64,000 nt of DNA from an uncultured Clostridia bacterium (GCA_944388545.1 CALXJE010000040.1:13938-77937); one strand, 5' to 3'. Shown: positions 9,883 to 20,166, counted from the first letter of the stretch. The notes: generated from the sequence alone by a model not told the origin. Numbers and translations: made by a program.

Positions 9883-11166
9883 ATGGATAAAATAATTATT
9901 GATGGTCCATGTAGATTATCTGGTGAAGTAACTATTAGTGGTGCAAAAAATGCTGCTGTTGCAATACTTCCTGCCACTTTACTTGTAAATGGAAAATGCC
10001 ATCTTGAAAACGTACCCGATATTAGTGATATTAGGGCTACTATAAAAATATTAAAATCTTTAGGTTCTAAAGTTGAATATATAACAAGAAATGAACTAAT
10101 TATAGATAATTCAAATATAACTACTGTAGAAGCTCCATACGATTTAACATGTAAATTTAGAGCTTCCTATTATCTTTTAGGTGCTTTAATAAGTAGATTT
10201 GGTAAAGCACAAATAAGTCTTCCTGGCGGTTGTAATTTAGGAGCAAGACCAATTGATCAACATATTAAAGCTTTTGAAAAACTAGGGGCAACAGTTGAAG
10301 TAAAAAGAGGAAACGTTTATGCTAGCACTAAAAATAAACTTTCTGCTGGAAATATATTTTTTGATGTAGTAAGTGTGGGGGCAACTATTAATGCTATTTT
10401 AGCAGCCACATTAGTCCCTGGAACTACTACAATTGAAAATTGTGCAAAAGAACCGCATGTAGTTGATGTTGCAAATTTTTTAAACTCTATGGGTGCTAAT
10501 ATAAAGGGAGCTGGAACTGATGTTATTAAAGTTACTGGCGTTGAAGCTTTAAAACAATCTTCAAGCTATGCTGTTATTCCAGATCAAATAGAAGCAGGTA
10601 CTTTTATGGTTGCTGCCGCTATAACTAAAGGTAATATACTTATTAAAAATTGCATACCAAAACATATGGAACCTATTACTGCTAAACTTCAAGAAGCAGG
10701 TGCTGAAGTTACTGAATTTGAAGATACAATCAGAGTATCAATGAATGATACTCCTAGACCTATAAATATAAAGACAATGGCGTACCCTGGTTTTCCCACA
10801 GATATGCAACCTCAAATATGTACACTAATTGCTATCTCCAAAGGAACAGGTATGATTATAGAAAGTATTTGGGAATCTAGATTCCAATATACTGATGAAC
10901 TAATTAAAATGGGAGCTGATATAACTGCTCATGGAAGAACAGCTATGATTAAAGGTGTAGACACTTTATATGGATGTCCGGTTGCCTCTCATGATTTAAG
11001 GGCTGGTGCTGCTATGATTTTAGCAGGTTTAGTAGCTCATGGAAGAACTGAAGTATATAATGTTCACCACATTGAAAGAGGTTATGAAAATATAGTAGAT
11101 AAGTTTAAGAAATTAGGTGCTAAAATAGAATTTGTTAGAGATAATGGACGTGATGAAAATGTTTAA
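9883..11166 (+). CDS. murA: UDP-N-acetylglucosamine 1-carboxyvinyltransferase
   Basis: RBS AAGGGGGA followed by ATG 9883. MDKIIIDGPCRLSGEVTISGAKNAAV...; conserved catalytic-cysteine region LPGGCNLGARPID. Confidence 0.9.
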   Translation: MDKIIIDGPCRLSGEVTISGAKNAAVAILPATLLVNGKCHLENVPDISDIRATIKILKSLGSKVEYITRNELIIDNSNITTVEAPYDLTCKFRASYYLLGALISRFGKAQISLPGGCNLGARPIDQHIKAFEKLGATVEVKRGNVYASTKNKLSAGNIFFDVVSVGATINAILAATLVPGTTTIENCAKEPHVVDVANFLNSMGANIKGAGTDVIKVTGVEALKQSSSYAVIPDQIEAGTFMVAAAITKGNILIKNCIPKHMEPITAKLQEAGAEVTEFEDTIRVSMNDTPRPINIKTMAYPGFPTDMQPQICTLIAISKGTGMIIESIWESRFQYTDELIKMGADITAHGRTAMIKGVDTLYGCPVASHDLRAGAAMILAGLVAHGRTEVYNVHHIERGYENIVDKFKKLGAKIEFVRDNGRDENV

Positions 11167-11956
11167 CTTATATCCTTTATTTAGTAGTAGCTCTGGCAAT
11201 ATGTATCTAATAGAAACTGAAGATACAAATATTTTAGTTGATATTGGAGTTACATATAAAAAAGTAAAAGATGCTCTTAATACACTTAACAAAGATACTT
11301 CTGATATAGACGCTATATTTATAACACACGAACATAGCGATCACATAAAAGGACTTAATATGTTTATTAAAAATAACCCTACTATCCCTATATATGCATC
11401 AAAAGGTACTTCTGCATATCTAAAGAACTCTCTTATTAATTCTAAAATAGAGTTTAATAATATTATAGAATTATGTGAGCCTAAGTTTATAAATATTAAA
11501 GATCTAAATATAACATATTTTAATATTTCTCATGATGCAATAGATCCTGTGGGTTATAAAATATCACATGGCGATAAATCCATTACTATAGCAACTGATT
11601 TAGGAACGATTACAAATGACGTTTATTCGTATTTAGAAGAATCTTCTTTACCCGTTATAGAATCAAATTATGATAAAAATATGTTACTTGCTGGGAAATA
11701 TCCATTTGAAGTAAAAAGAAGAATTTCTGGCCCATACGGACATCTTTCAAATGAAGATAGCGGACAAGTCATTTTAAAACTAGCTCAAAATGGAATTAGA
11801 AACTTTTTACTTAGTCATGTAAGCGAAAATAATAATGTACCAGACCTTGCTAAAGAAACTATATGTTCAACACTATCTCTTGCTGGTTTTAATGTAAATG
11901 AATTTAATATAAACATTGCAAGTAAAGATTTTTCTACTGAGGTATATGAGTTATGA
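11153..11956 (+). CDS. MBL-fold metallo-hydrolase (WalJ/YycJ-like)
   Basis: HxHxDH motif ITHEHSDHIKG and beta-lactamase-fold layout. Overlaps the murA stop and the rlmH start (operon). Start codon is ambiguous (11132/11153/11159). Confidence 0.75.
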   Translation: MKMFNLYPLFSSSSGNMYLIETEDTNILVDIGVTYKKVKDALNTLNKDTSDIDAIFITHEHSDHIKGLNMFIKNNPTIPIYASKGTSAYLKNSLINSKIEFNNIIELCEPKFINIKDLNITYFNISHDAIDPVGYKISHGDKSITIATDLGTITNDVYSYLEESSLPVIESNYDKNMLLAGKYPFEVKRRISGPYGHLSNEDSGQVILKLAQNGIRNFLLSHVSENNNVPDLAKETICSTLSLAGFNVNEFNINIASKDFSTEVYEL

Positions 11957-12441
11957 TTAATATTAATATAATTTGTATTGGTAAGATTAAAGAAAAATAT
12001 TTAAACGATGCAATAGCAGAATATTCTAAAAGATTATCTAGATTCTGCAAATTAAAAATAATAGAACTCCCTGACGAAAAACTACCTACTACATACAATA
12101 AAACTCTCTATAATGAAGTTAAAGAAAAAGAAGCAAAACTTATATTAAATAGATTAGAAACCATAAAATCTTCATATGTAATTTGCTTAGATGAAACAGG
12201 AAACTCACTAACTTCTGAAGAATTAGCAAATAAAATCAGTGAAATATCTACCAATATATCTAGTTCTATTACTTTTATAATAGGAGGAAGTCTAGGGTTA
12301 TCTAATTATATAAAAAACAAAGCTCATTATATTATATCTTTTTCAAAACTTACATTTCCTCATCAACTTTTTAGAGTATTTCTTTTAGAACAACTGTTTA
12401 GATGCTTCAAAATACTAAATAACGAAACGTATCATCATTAA
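11953..12441 (+). CDS. rlmH: 23S rRNA (pseudouridine1915-N3)-methyltransferase RlmH (SPOUT)
   Basis: MININIICIGKIKEKYLNDAIAEYSKRL...; SPOUT knot region IIGGSLGL. About 160 aa. Confidence 0.85.
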   Translation: MININIICIGKIKEKYLNDAIAEYSKRLSRFCKLKIIELPDEKLPTTYNKTLYNEVKEKEAKLILNRLETIKSSYVICLDETGNSLTSEELANKISEISTNISSSITFIIGGSLGLSNYIKNKAHYIISFSKLTFPHQLFRVFLLEQLFRCFKILNNETYHH

Positions 12442-12553
12442 TTTCCATGTTTTTCCTGTTTTGTCGATGATTTCTTTATAAAATAATACAATCTTCGTTG
12501 AAATTTGTCATTTTTTGTGATATATTGTTTTTAATAAAGGAGGCGCATATGAT

Positions 12554-12802
12554 ATGGAAACTACGGGAATAGTTAGAAAATTAGATGAATTAGGTAGAAT
12601 CGTTCTTCCGATGGAACTTAGAAAAACTTTAGATTTAAAAGTAAAAGATTCGATTGAAATAACAACAGATAAAGGATCTATTATATTAAGAAAATATTCT
12701 CCTGCATGTATATTCTGTGGCAAAGAAACAAAAGTTGCCAACTTTAAAGGAAAGAATATTTGTTCTAAGTGTTTAAATGAGATTAAATTACAACTAGATT
12801 AG
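12554..12802 (+). CDS. AbrB/SpoVT-family transition-state regulator homologue with Cys-containing C-terminus
   Basis: Swapped-hairpin N-domain TGIVRKLDELGRIVLPMELRKTLDLKVKDSIEI. RBS AAAGGAGG upstream. C-terminus carries CIFCGK...CSKC. Confidence 0.75.
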   Translation: METTGIVRKLDELGRIVLPMELRKTLDLKVKDSIEITTDKGSIILRKYSPACIFCGKETKVANFKGKNICSKCLNEIKLQLD

Positions 12803-12825
12803 TTTTATCCCATATATTACATCCA

Positions 12826-12860
12826 AAAAGAAAGGTGCTTAAAGTAACCTTTCTTTTCTA
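12826..12860. terminator. Bidirectional intrinsic terminator between the convergent abrB-like gene and smpB
   Basis: AAAGAAAGGT-(loop)-ACCTTTCTTT with A-run on one side and T-run on the other. Confidence 0.5.
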
Positions 12861-12862
12861 TG

Positions 12863-13309
12863 TTATATATTATGTTTAGTAAGTTTTTCAAGCCTTCTTT
12901 TTACTTCCTTTTCCTTTATAGTCTCCCTTTTGTCATATAATTTTTTTCCTCTGCAAAGTGCAATCTCTATTTTTGCATATTGTCCTTTAAAATATATTTT
13001 TGTTGGTATTAATGTATATCCATTTTGCTTAATTTCATTTAATAGTTTTAATATTTCAGATTTATGAAGAAGTAATTTTCTATCTCGCCTTTCATTTACG
13101 TTATTTATACTACCATGGTTATACGGTGCTATATACATATTTTTTAATATAACTTCACCATTTTTTATAACAGAAAAACTATCTTTAAGACTTACCTTAG
13201 ATTCCCTTAACGACTTAACTTCTGTTCCTTTAAGAGATATACCACATTCTATCTTTTCTTTTATTTCATATTTATGTGTTACCTCTTTATTAGTTGAAAT
13301 AATTTTCAT
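12863..13309 (-). CDS. smpB: SsrA-binding protein SmpB
   Basis: KEVTHKYEI...GISLKGTEVKSLR...IKNGEVILKNMYIAPY...GYTLIPTKIYFKG..AKIEIALCRGKKLYDKR. Confidence 0.9.
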   Translation of the reverse strand: MKIISTNKEVTHKYEIKEKIECGISLKGTEVKSLRESKVSLKDSFSVIKNGEVILKNMYIAPYNHGSINNVNERRDRKLLLHKSEILKLLNEIKQNGYTLIPTKIYFKGQYAKIEIALCRGKKLYDKRETIKEKEVKRRLEKLTKHNI

Positions 13310-13339
13310 ATCGTTTCTCCTTATTAATTAAATTGTTAA

Positions 13340-14794
13340 TTACATATGATCAAATATTGCTTTATCCCATGCACTTTTATTATATTTTATGTCATCTCTA
13401 TCAAATCTAGCTCCAAGGTTATATGCAGATAAAATAACATTTGAAATATCTTCATTTCCGTTTTTAAGCAATATATTTGTAACATATTTATTAATATTTG
13501 CTAATTTCCATATTATAACTGGATCACATTTTTTCTCTTTAATATATCTTAACTTAGTTTCCAGTTTATTTATACTATTTACATTATATGATTCTTTATT
13601 TTTTGGTATATAATAATCAATATTAATTATTATACTTAATTTATCTTTTGCTTTGCTTTGAGAATATATATTTACTATTTCTTCTGCAATATCAAATATA
13701 TTATCTATATCTTCATAAGTTTCATTAGGCAAACCTATATTAAAAATAAGTTTTAAGCTACTTCTATTATTTTTAAAAATACATATAATTTTTTCTAATA
13801 AATCTTCTTTTAACATTCCTAGTTTTATTTTATTATTTAATTTATTACTACATGTAATTACATTAAAATTAAGTATTGATTTTTCCATACACTCAAGAAT
13901 AACTCTTAACGTTTCTATGTCAAATTTACTAAAATCTAAGTTTTTAGTAAGTATCCTTACATCTTCAATATTCATCTTTATTTTATATACAAGTTCACAA
14001 AATTTATAGTTTTCTATTTTGTCTTGATTTATAAAGGAAACTTTAGTAACTCCCATATTTTTTATGCTATCTTTTATATATTTAATTGTTTTATCGATAT
14101 CTTTTACTTCCTCTAAATCCACTACAATACTAAATTCATCTATCTTAATCGATGGAATAATATAATTTTTATCATATTTAATTTTAACATCTTCATATCC
14201 TTGAATATTTTTTTCTACATTTAATAATATATCCTTATTAAAATTAGACTCTTCATAGCTTTTCAAATACCTTAGTATTTTTTTCATATTAGATTTTTCA
14301 TTTTCCGATTCTAATATTATATCTGCAAATTTTTCTATAGGTTTAATATTTATATTCTTTAATGGAAAAATTAACACTTTAGGCGCAATTTCAGTTCTAT
14401 CTTCCTTATTAACAGCTATTTTTGATAATTCTAATATATTTAAAAAATTGGTATAATCTAATTCATTATCAATAACAAATATTAATAAATCACTATCTTT
14501 TATAGGTTTAAAATCTTCGAGTGAATATAGCAATTCATTTTTATCCCTTAGAAGTTTTTCAAAATCCATGTCAGGTGCAAAGCATCTTTTACAATAAATT
14601 CCTTCTATATCATTTATATTATTGTATAATAAATTTATTATATAATTTGACATGGCTTTTTCATAAACATTTGGATAACATAAAATAATATTACTTTTTA
14701 CTTTACTACCACTTTTTATTATTTGATTTACTTCTCCGCCTACATACCTTGCAGGTTTGTTTATGTTTTTTAACTCTCTGCTCTCTAAATTCAC
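13340..14794 (-). CDS. TIGR03960-like (radical-SAM-family N-terminal domain) protein lacking the CxxxCxxC cluster motif
   Basis: N-terminus KPARYVGGEVN...ILCYPNVYEKAMSNYIINLLYNNIN...YCKRCFAPDMDFE matches the distinctive N-terminal block of the TIGR03960 family. No CxxxCxxC anywhere. 484 aa versus about 600 typical. Confidence 0.45.
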   Translation of the reverse strand: MNLESRELKNINKPARYVGGEVNQIIKSGSKVKSNIILCYPNVYEKAMSNYIINLLYNNINDIEGIYCKRCFAPDMDFEKLLRDKNELLYSLEDFKPIKDSDLLIFVIDNELDYTNFLNILELSKIAVNKEDRTEIAPKVLIFPLKNINIKPIEKFADIILESENEKSNMKKILRYLKSYEESNFNKDILLNVEKNIQGYEDVKIKYDKNYIIPSIKIDEFSIVVDLEEVKDIDKTIKYIKDSIKNMGVTKVSFINQDKIENYKFCELVYKIKMNIEDVRILTKNLDFSKFDIETLRVILECMEKSILNFNVITCSNKLNNKIKLGMLKEDLLEKIICIFKNNRSSLKLIFNIGLPNETYEDIDNIFDIAEEIVNIYSQSKAKDKLSIIINIDYYIPKNKESYNVNSINKLETKLRYIKEKKCDPVIIWKLANINKYVTNILLKNGNEDISNVILSAYNLGARFDRDDIKYNKSAWDKAIFDHM

Positions 14795-14818
14795 GCTTAA
14801 TTTTCCTTTCTTTATGTT

Positions 14819-15751
14819 CTAAAAAAATCTTGTCCAATAAATTGATGTACCGTAATTTACACTATAAAAGCTATTTTTTATAGCATTTGCTATTAAATAC
14901 ATTTTATTTTTAATAGCTCCTAAATTATCTGTATAATACGATGGTTTTTCATCTGCCATCATAGTGTCTGCAAACACTTCAGCTCTATCTTCTTTATCTG
15001 ATACTTTTGAGTATATACTAACAAAATACGTTCTATCTTCCTTATCATATTTATATACGTACGATGTGTCTAAAAGCTCTAAATTTTCTTGATATTCAAA
15101 TCCCTTTGGATTATAACTGTTCCATTCCTCATATAGTTTATTTATATCAAATTCTAACTTCATATAGTATTCTAAAATGTGGTACATTTCATGATGTATT
15201 GATTTTTCTATACTTTCTATTCTATCTACATTACTTAAATATATTTTAAAATTATTGTTTGAATCTCTCGTTGCTAAAGCTATATTATCATTAGTGAAAT
15301 AATCCACTATACAAATTTCAACATCATAATCTTTTAGTTGAATTTCCTTAAAAATATTACTAGGATATTTAGATAAATTGTCAATTAACTCTAATAACAT
15401 TTTATTTATATCTTGCTCGTTATATAATGTTTTAGCATCTACAGATTCAGCTAAATACTTAGTATTCTCACCATAAATAACATTAATATTATATACTCTT
15501 TTTATTTCTTGTACTAGCTCTATATTCATAGTTGTCTTGTCTAATGTATTTTCTGATTTTTCCAAAACAAAAGGATTTATAGCTTCTACTTTTCCATAAC
15601 CAATCTCTTTAATTTTACTTTGGAAATCCGTATCAGTATTTAAATTTTTATTATATAATGTAAATGCTACAATTGATGCCATTGATATTATAAATATGGA
15701 AAATATAATTCCTAAAGAATAATGTTTTCTTTCTATACTATTTTTTTGCAT
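14819..15751 (-). CDS. Membrane-anchored hypothetical protein with HExxH motif (putative zinc metallopeptidase)
   Basis: N-terminal TM (GIIFSIFIISMASIVAFTLY). SIHHEMYHILEY contains HExxH. Confidence 0.4.
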   Translation of the reverse strand: MQKNSIERKHYSLGIIFSIFIISMASIVAFTLYNKNLNTDTDFQSKIKEIGYGKVEAINPFVLEKSENTLDKTTMNIELVQEIKRVYNINVIYGENTKYLAESVDAKTLYNEQDINKMLLELIDNLSKYPSNIFKEIQLKDYDVEICIVDYFTNDNIALATRDSNNNFKIYLSNVDRIESIEKSIHHEMYHILEYYMKLEFDINKLYEEWNSYNPKGFEYQENLELLDTSYVYKYDKEDRTYFVSIYSKVSDKEDRAEVFADTMMADEKPSYYTDNLGAIKNKMYLIANAIKNSFYSVNYGTSIYWTRFF

Positions 15752-15752
15752 A

Positions 15753-16808
15753 CTATATGTCCTCCTTGCTGTCTAACATTTCTTGTTTGGTACCATTTAT
15801 TATAAAATCTTTTGTTATGTTTTTCTCATTTAAATCTTTTTTGTTTATAGAAACATTTACATTATCTACTATAATATCAATTCTATCTAATATTTCAAAT
15901 TTACTCCATGTCTTTATAACATCTATAAATTTAACAACATCATCTATTTCTGAAGATTCTACGTTTACAATACTCATTTTTATAATATCTGGATTTGTTA
16001 ATATTTTAGAATAATCATACATGCATTCTACGTCTAGATTAGTCAAGCTATTCTTTTTTAGTATAATATTTATCTCTGCATTTACAATTCTATTTAGTTT
16101 ATCCTTTCTATTATTCATATTTACATCTGCTATTTCTCCATTTAAGCTATAGTTAAGTTCTACTTCTGTTCCGTCTATTACAGCATTAAATTCATATATC
16201 CCTCCTCCATAGGAAGGTATGTATTCTACATTTTTTATATAATATTCAGAATATCCATAATTTTCTATAACGTACTTATTTATATCTCTTCTTGCAAATA
16301 TATAACTTATCATATTATTATTTACAATATTATTTAAGATTAATGGTATCAATATAGAAGCTATAAGTCCTATTATATATGATATTTTATGATAATACTT
16401 TATAAACTTTCTAAGCTTTGCATTTTCATATAGTAAATTAGCAATATGTCCTGTTATAGCACCTAAAGCTGTCATAAATGCACCATATATAGAAAATAAA
16501 ATTATGTTAAAGTTTATTTCTGATTCTATTAAACAGCCAAATACAACTATGCTAATCATACTTAGTATTACTGTTATAACAGGTTTATTAAACATAATAC
16601 ATCCAAAAATACCTAGGAAATACAACATAGGAACCATACGTATAAAAACATTTCCACATATTGTAAAATACGAAGCTAATATAATTAGTAAGATGTATAT
16701 AACAGCTTCAAAAATAATTTTTATTTTCTCTTTTTTAGGAATAAACATATCTGTCACAGTATCCACCTCATATTTAATATTATATATTAAATATATAGGG
16801 TCTGTCAA
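15753..16808 (-). CDS. Polytopic integral membrane protein, unknown function
   Basis: About six hydrophobic helices in the N-terminal 170 aa, then a soluble C-terminal domain. 1-bp gap to the downstream HExxH gene. Confidence 0.45.
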   Translation of the reverse strand: MTDPIYLIYNIKYEVDTVTDMFIPKKEKIKIIFEAVIYILLIILASYFTICGNVFIRMVPMLYFLGIFGCIMFNKPVITVILSMISIVVFGCLIESEINFNIILFSIYGAFMTALGAITGHIANLLYENAKLRKFIKYYHKISYIIGLIASILIPLILNNIVNNNMISYIFARRDINKYVIENYGYSEYYIKNVEYIPSYGGGIYEFNAVIDGTEVELNYSLNGEIADVNMNNRKDKLNRIVNAEINIILKKNSLTNLDVECMYDYSKILTNPDIIKMSIVNVESSEIDDVVKFIDVIKTWSKFEILDRIDIIVDNVNVSINKKDLNEKNITKDFIINGTKQEMLDSKEDI

Positions 16809-16881
16809 TTAACAAATTATAGATAAATAATACGTAAAAAATAGTGTGATAGTAATTATTTTTTAACTACCACACTATTTT

Positions 16882-18045
16882 CTATATTAAGTTTACTTTT
16901 AGTTTAAACATATTTTTTATGCCATACACTACATAGTCTTTAACACTTTTTTTGTAAATGTTTTTTTCTAAGAAAATATCTTCTTCGTACAACTTTTCAT
17001 TATCTATGTACATTTCTATTACACCTAATTTATACCCCTTATTAAGTGGTGCCTTTATTACTGGAAGTATAGTTTGTTTTACATATATTTTTTCATATTC
17101 TTCATCAGTTAAAGCAACCTTCATCTCTCTTGTAATATACTTTTCATAATAGTCTACTGTTCCTTTGTATACTGGAATATTTATATACCAATTCATATTT
17201 TTTGATATATCTTTCATCTCATAATTTTCTAAAGCGTATTGAAGTAAGGCTTTAGAGTCATTAAAACGTATATCTGTTGTCTCCGAACCTAATACAACTG
17301 CAATTACTCTTAAATCATCTTTAGTAGCGGAAGATATAAGGCAACGATTAGCTCCATTAGTAAAACCAGTTTTTACACCATCTGCAAAACTATATGTTCT
17401 AAGAAGCCTATTGGTATTAGAAAATGTTTTTACCGTTTTACCAAATTGCACATTAATGCTATCTGTTCCTACAATATCATTTATTATTTTATTATTTAAA
17501 GCATATCTAGTTATTAATGCCATATCATAAGCCGTGCTATGATGTCCTTCTTCATCTAATCCATGTGGATTTTTAAAACTTGAATCTTTTGCTCCTATAT
17601 CTTTGGCCTTTTCTGTCATCATTTCTGCAAATTTTTCTATGCTTCCACCCACATACTCAGCAAGTGCATATGCGCAGTCATTCCCTGATTTCATAAGCAT
17701 TCCATGCATTAATGCTTCAACTGTAATTTTATCTCCTTTTTTCATTCCTACTGTAGAGCCACCTATACTTGATGAAGGTGTTTTTACAGTAACAACTTCG
17801 TCTAGCTTTACATTTTCTATCGTAACTATAGCTGTTATCATTTTAGTAAGACTTGCCACTTTACGTCTAGAATAACCATCTTTTTCATATAATACCCTGC
17901 CACTATCTGAATCAATAACTATAGCTGATGGAGAGTTTATTTTTACATCTTTTACATTAGAAGTATCTGCATACATATTGTTAAAAACAAACATATATAA
18001 TAATATTTCGATAATACACATATATATCTTATTATTTATTTTCAT
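16882..18045 (-). CDS. D-alanyl-D-alanine carboxypeptidase (serine-type, PBP5/DacF-like)
   Basis: Signal peptide. SxxK (ASLTKMIT), SxN (SGNDCAYA) and KTG (KTGFT) motifs. Confidence 0.85.
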   Translation of the reverse strand: MKINNKIYMCIIEILLYMFVFNNMYADTSNVKDVKINSPSAIVIDSDSGRVLYEKDGYSRRKVASLTKMITAIVTIENVKLDEVVTVKTPSSSIGGSTVGMKKGDKITVEALMHGMLMKSGNDCAYALAEYVGGSIEKFAEMMTEKAKDIGAKDSSFKNPHGLDEEGHHSTAYDMALITRYALNNKIINDIVGTDSINVQFGKTVKTFSNTNRLLRTYSFADGVKTGFTNGANRCLISSATKDDLRVIAVVLGSETTDIRFNDSKALLQYALENYEMKDISKNMNWYINIPVYKGTVDYYEKYITREMKVALTDEEYEKIYVKQTILPVIKAPLNKGYKLGVIEMYIDNEKLYEEDIFLEKNIYKKSVKDYVVYGIKNMFKLKVNLI

Positions 18046-18180
18046 AAGAGCACCTCATACTATAATTATGCATTAATATATTTTAGTATAACTATGTATT
18101 ATATATATATGTAAAAATACTACTATAAGAAAGTTAGTTATACTTAAATTTTTCGTATAACTAACTTACTTAGATATATT

Positions 18181-18924
18181 TTACAAATTAAATTCATAGT
18201 TAATAATAGATATTAAATTTAAACTAGCTGTTTCTGCTCTTAAAATATTTTTTCCTAGACTTACTTCATATATATTATTGATACTTTTTAATATGTCAAT
18301 ATCTGATTTATCAAATCCTCCTTCTGGACCTATAACTATACCTATAGAGATTTTGCTATTTGCTTTTGATGATACATTTTTTAATATTTCTTTTAAATTA
18401 TTATTACTATTTTCATAAGCTAATATAATATAGTCGTTAGTTAATAACTCTTTTTTAAACGCATCTTCCTTTATATTAAATATACTATTTATTTTTACTA
18501 CATCATCTCTTCCACATTGTTTTGAAGCTTCAAGTGATATCTTATTTAATCTTTCTATCTTTTTAGATTTATCATTATTATCTAATTTAACTACGCAATT
18601 TTTGGATAAAAAAGGAACTATTTTATTTATTCCAAGTTCGACGGCTTTTTGTACTACATATTCCATCTTATCTGCTTTTATATATGATTGATATAAAGAA
18701 AGAGCAACTGCATTTTCATGTTTACTTTCTTCTATATCATCAATTATCCCACTTAAATGATGTGCATCTAATTCTTCTATTTTAACAATATATTTGTTTA
18801 TTTTTATTAAATCACCTTTTTTATGACGTAAAACATTAATGTGGTGTATTTCATCACCCACCACACTAATGTTATTACCATCTATATTTATATCATTATT
18901 ATCTATAAAAAATCTTCTTGCCAT
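18181..18924 (-). CDS. rsmE: 16S rRNA (uracil1498-N3)-methyltransferase RsmE
   Basis: MARRFFIDNN... N-terminus, PUA-like domain plus SPOUT C-terminus (GPEGGF). Start taken at MARRFF. Confidence 0.8.
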   Translation of the reverse strand: MARRFFIDNNDINIDGNNISVVGDEIHHINVLRHKKGDLIKINKYIVKIEELDAHHLSGIIDDIEESKHENAVALSLYQSYIKADKMEYVVQKAVELGINKIVPFLSKNCVVKLDNNDKSKKIERLNKISLEASKQCGRDDVVKINSIFNIKEDAFKKELLTNDYIILAYENSNNNLKEILKNVSSKANSKISIGIVIGPEGGFDKSDIDILKSINNIYEVSLGKNILRAETASLNLISIINYEFNL

Positions 18925-20075
18925 TACTTTTTCTCCCAAAAACTTTTCTTTTTATTTACTTCTTCATTAGAAGCTTCCGCAAATCTTCTAAGTGATTCTT
19001 TTTGTTTGTCGTTAAGTTTCTTAGGAACTTCAATTTCTACTTTAAATTCTAAATTTCCTCTAACATGCGATCTCATGCTAGGAACACCTTTATTCTTTAT
19101 CGTAAATGTAGTTCCTGGTTGTGTACCCTCAGGTATATTAAACTCATAATCTCCTTCTAGCGTTGGAACATTAATCTTTCCTCCTAAAGTAGCTTTTACA
19201 AAAGGAATACTTACATCTAAACATATATCATTTCCACGTCTTCTAAATATTTTATGTGGCATTACTGTAACTACAACAAACAAATCTCCTGCAGGACCAC
19301 CTTTCCTTCCTGCATCTCCTTCTGAGGTTAAAGATATTGCTTGACCATTATCTATACCTTTTGGTATATTAATCTCTATTTTTCTAGTTTTTCTTACAGT
19401 ACCATTACCTGAACAAGTTTCACAAGGACTTGGATTATATTTACCTTCTCCGCCACATTTTTCACAAGTTTTTACTGTTGAAAATGAACCCATAATAGTA
19501 TTTTGAGTTACTTGAATTCTACCTGTTCCATTGCATTCATCACATTTAACTTCTGTTGTACCTTTTTTAGCACCTGAGCCATGACAATCTGGGCACGTTT
19601 CATTTCTTGTAATATTTATTTCTTTTGAACAACCAAAAACTGCTTCTTCAAAAGTAAGTTTCATATTATATCTTAAATCAGCTCCCTTTGTTGGACCCTT
19701 CTTTTTACGAGCAGATCCAAATCCTCCAAAAGAGCCCCCAAATACACTTCCTAAGATATCATCTAAATCTATATCAAATCCCATACCACCTGATGAAAAT
19801 CCAGAGAAATCAAATCCTCCCGCTCCTGCAGATCCAAATCCTCCATTTTCAAATCCGTGACCAAATCTATCATATTGTGCTTTTTTAGTTTCATCAGATA
19901 ATACACTATATGCTTCACTAGCTTCTTTAAATTTTTCTTCAGCCGCTTTTTTATCATCACCTGTATAGCTATCCGGATGAAATTCTTTTGCTTTTTTTCT
20001 ATAGGCTTTTTTTATTTCTTCTGGAGTAGCATTTTTAGAAACTCCTAATACTTCGTAGTAATCTCTTTTACTCAT
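18924..20075 (-). CDS. dnaJ: Molecular chaperone DnaJ
   Basis: J-domain with HPD (KEFHPDSY), G/F-rich region, four CxxCxGxG zinc-finger repeats. Confidence 0.95.
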   Translation of the reverse strand: MSKRDYYEVLGVSKNATPEEIKKAYRKKAKEFHPDSYTGDDKKAAEEKFKEASEAYSVLSDETKKAQYDRFGHGFENGGFGSAGAGGFDFSGFSSGGMGFDIDLDDILGSVFGGSFGGFGSARKKKGPTKGADLRYNMKLTFEEAVFGCSKEINITRNETCPDCHGSGAKKGTTEVKCDECNGTGRIQVTQNTIMGSFSTVKTCEKCGGEGKYNPSPCETCSGNGTVRKTRKIEINIPKGIDNGQAISLTSEGDAGRKGGPAGDLFVVVTVMPHKIFRRRGNDICLDVSIPFVKATLGGKINVPTLEGDYEFNIPEGTQPGTTFTIKNKGVPSMRSHVRGNLEFKVEIEVPKKLNDKQKESLRRFAEASNEEVNKKKSFWEKK

Positions 20076-20166
20076 ATATATTTCCTTTCTTAATAATCAG
20101 GCGGGAAAGATATATCCCTACCCGCCTAAAAACTAATTTGAATATCTATTATATATTATTAATAAA

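Noticed and set aside
12863-13340. Expected tmRNA (ssrA) next to smpB
   Set aside because: No tRNA-like 3' end (…TCGAATCC…CCACCA) or tag-peptide reading frame found in the flanks. ssrA must be elsewhere.
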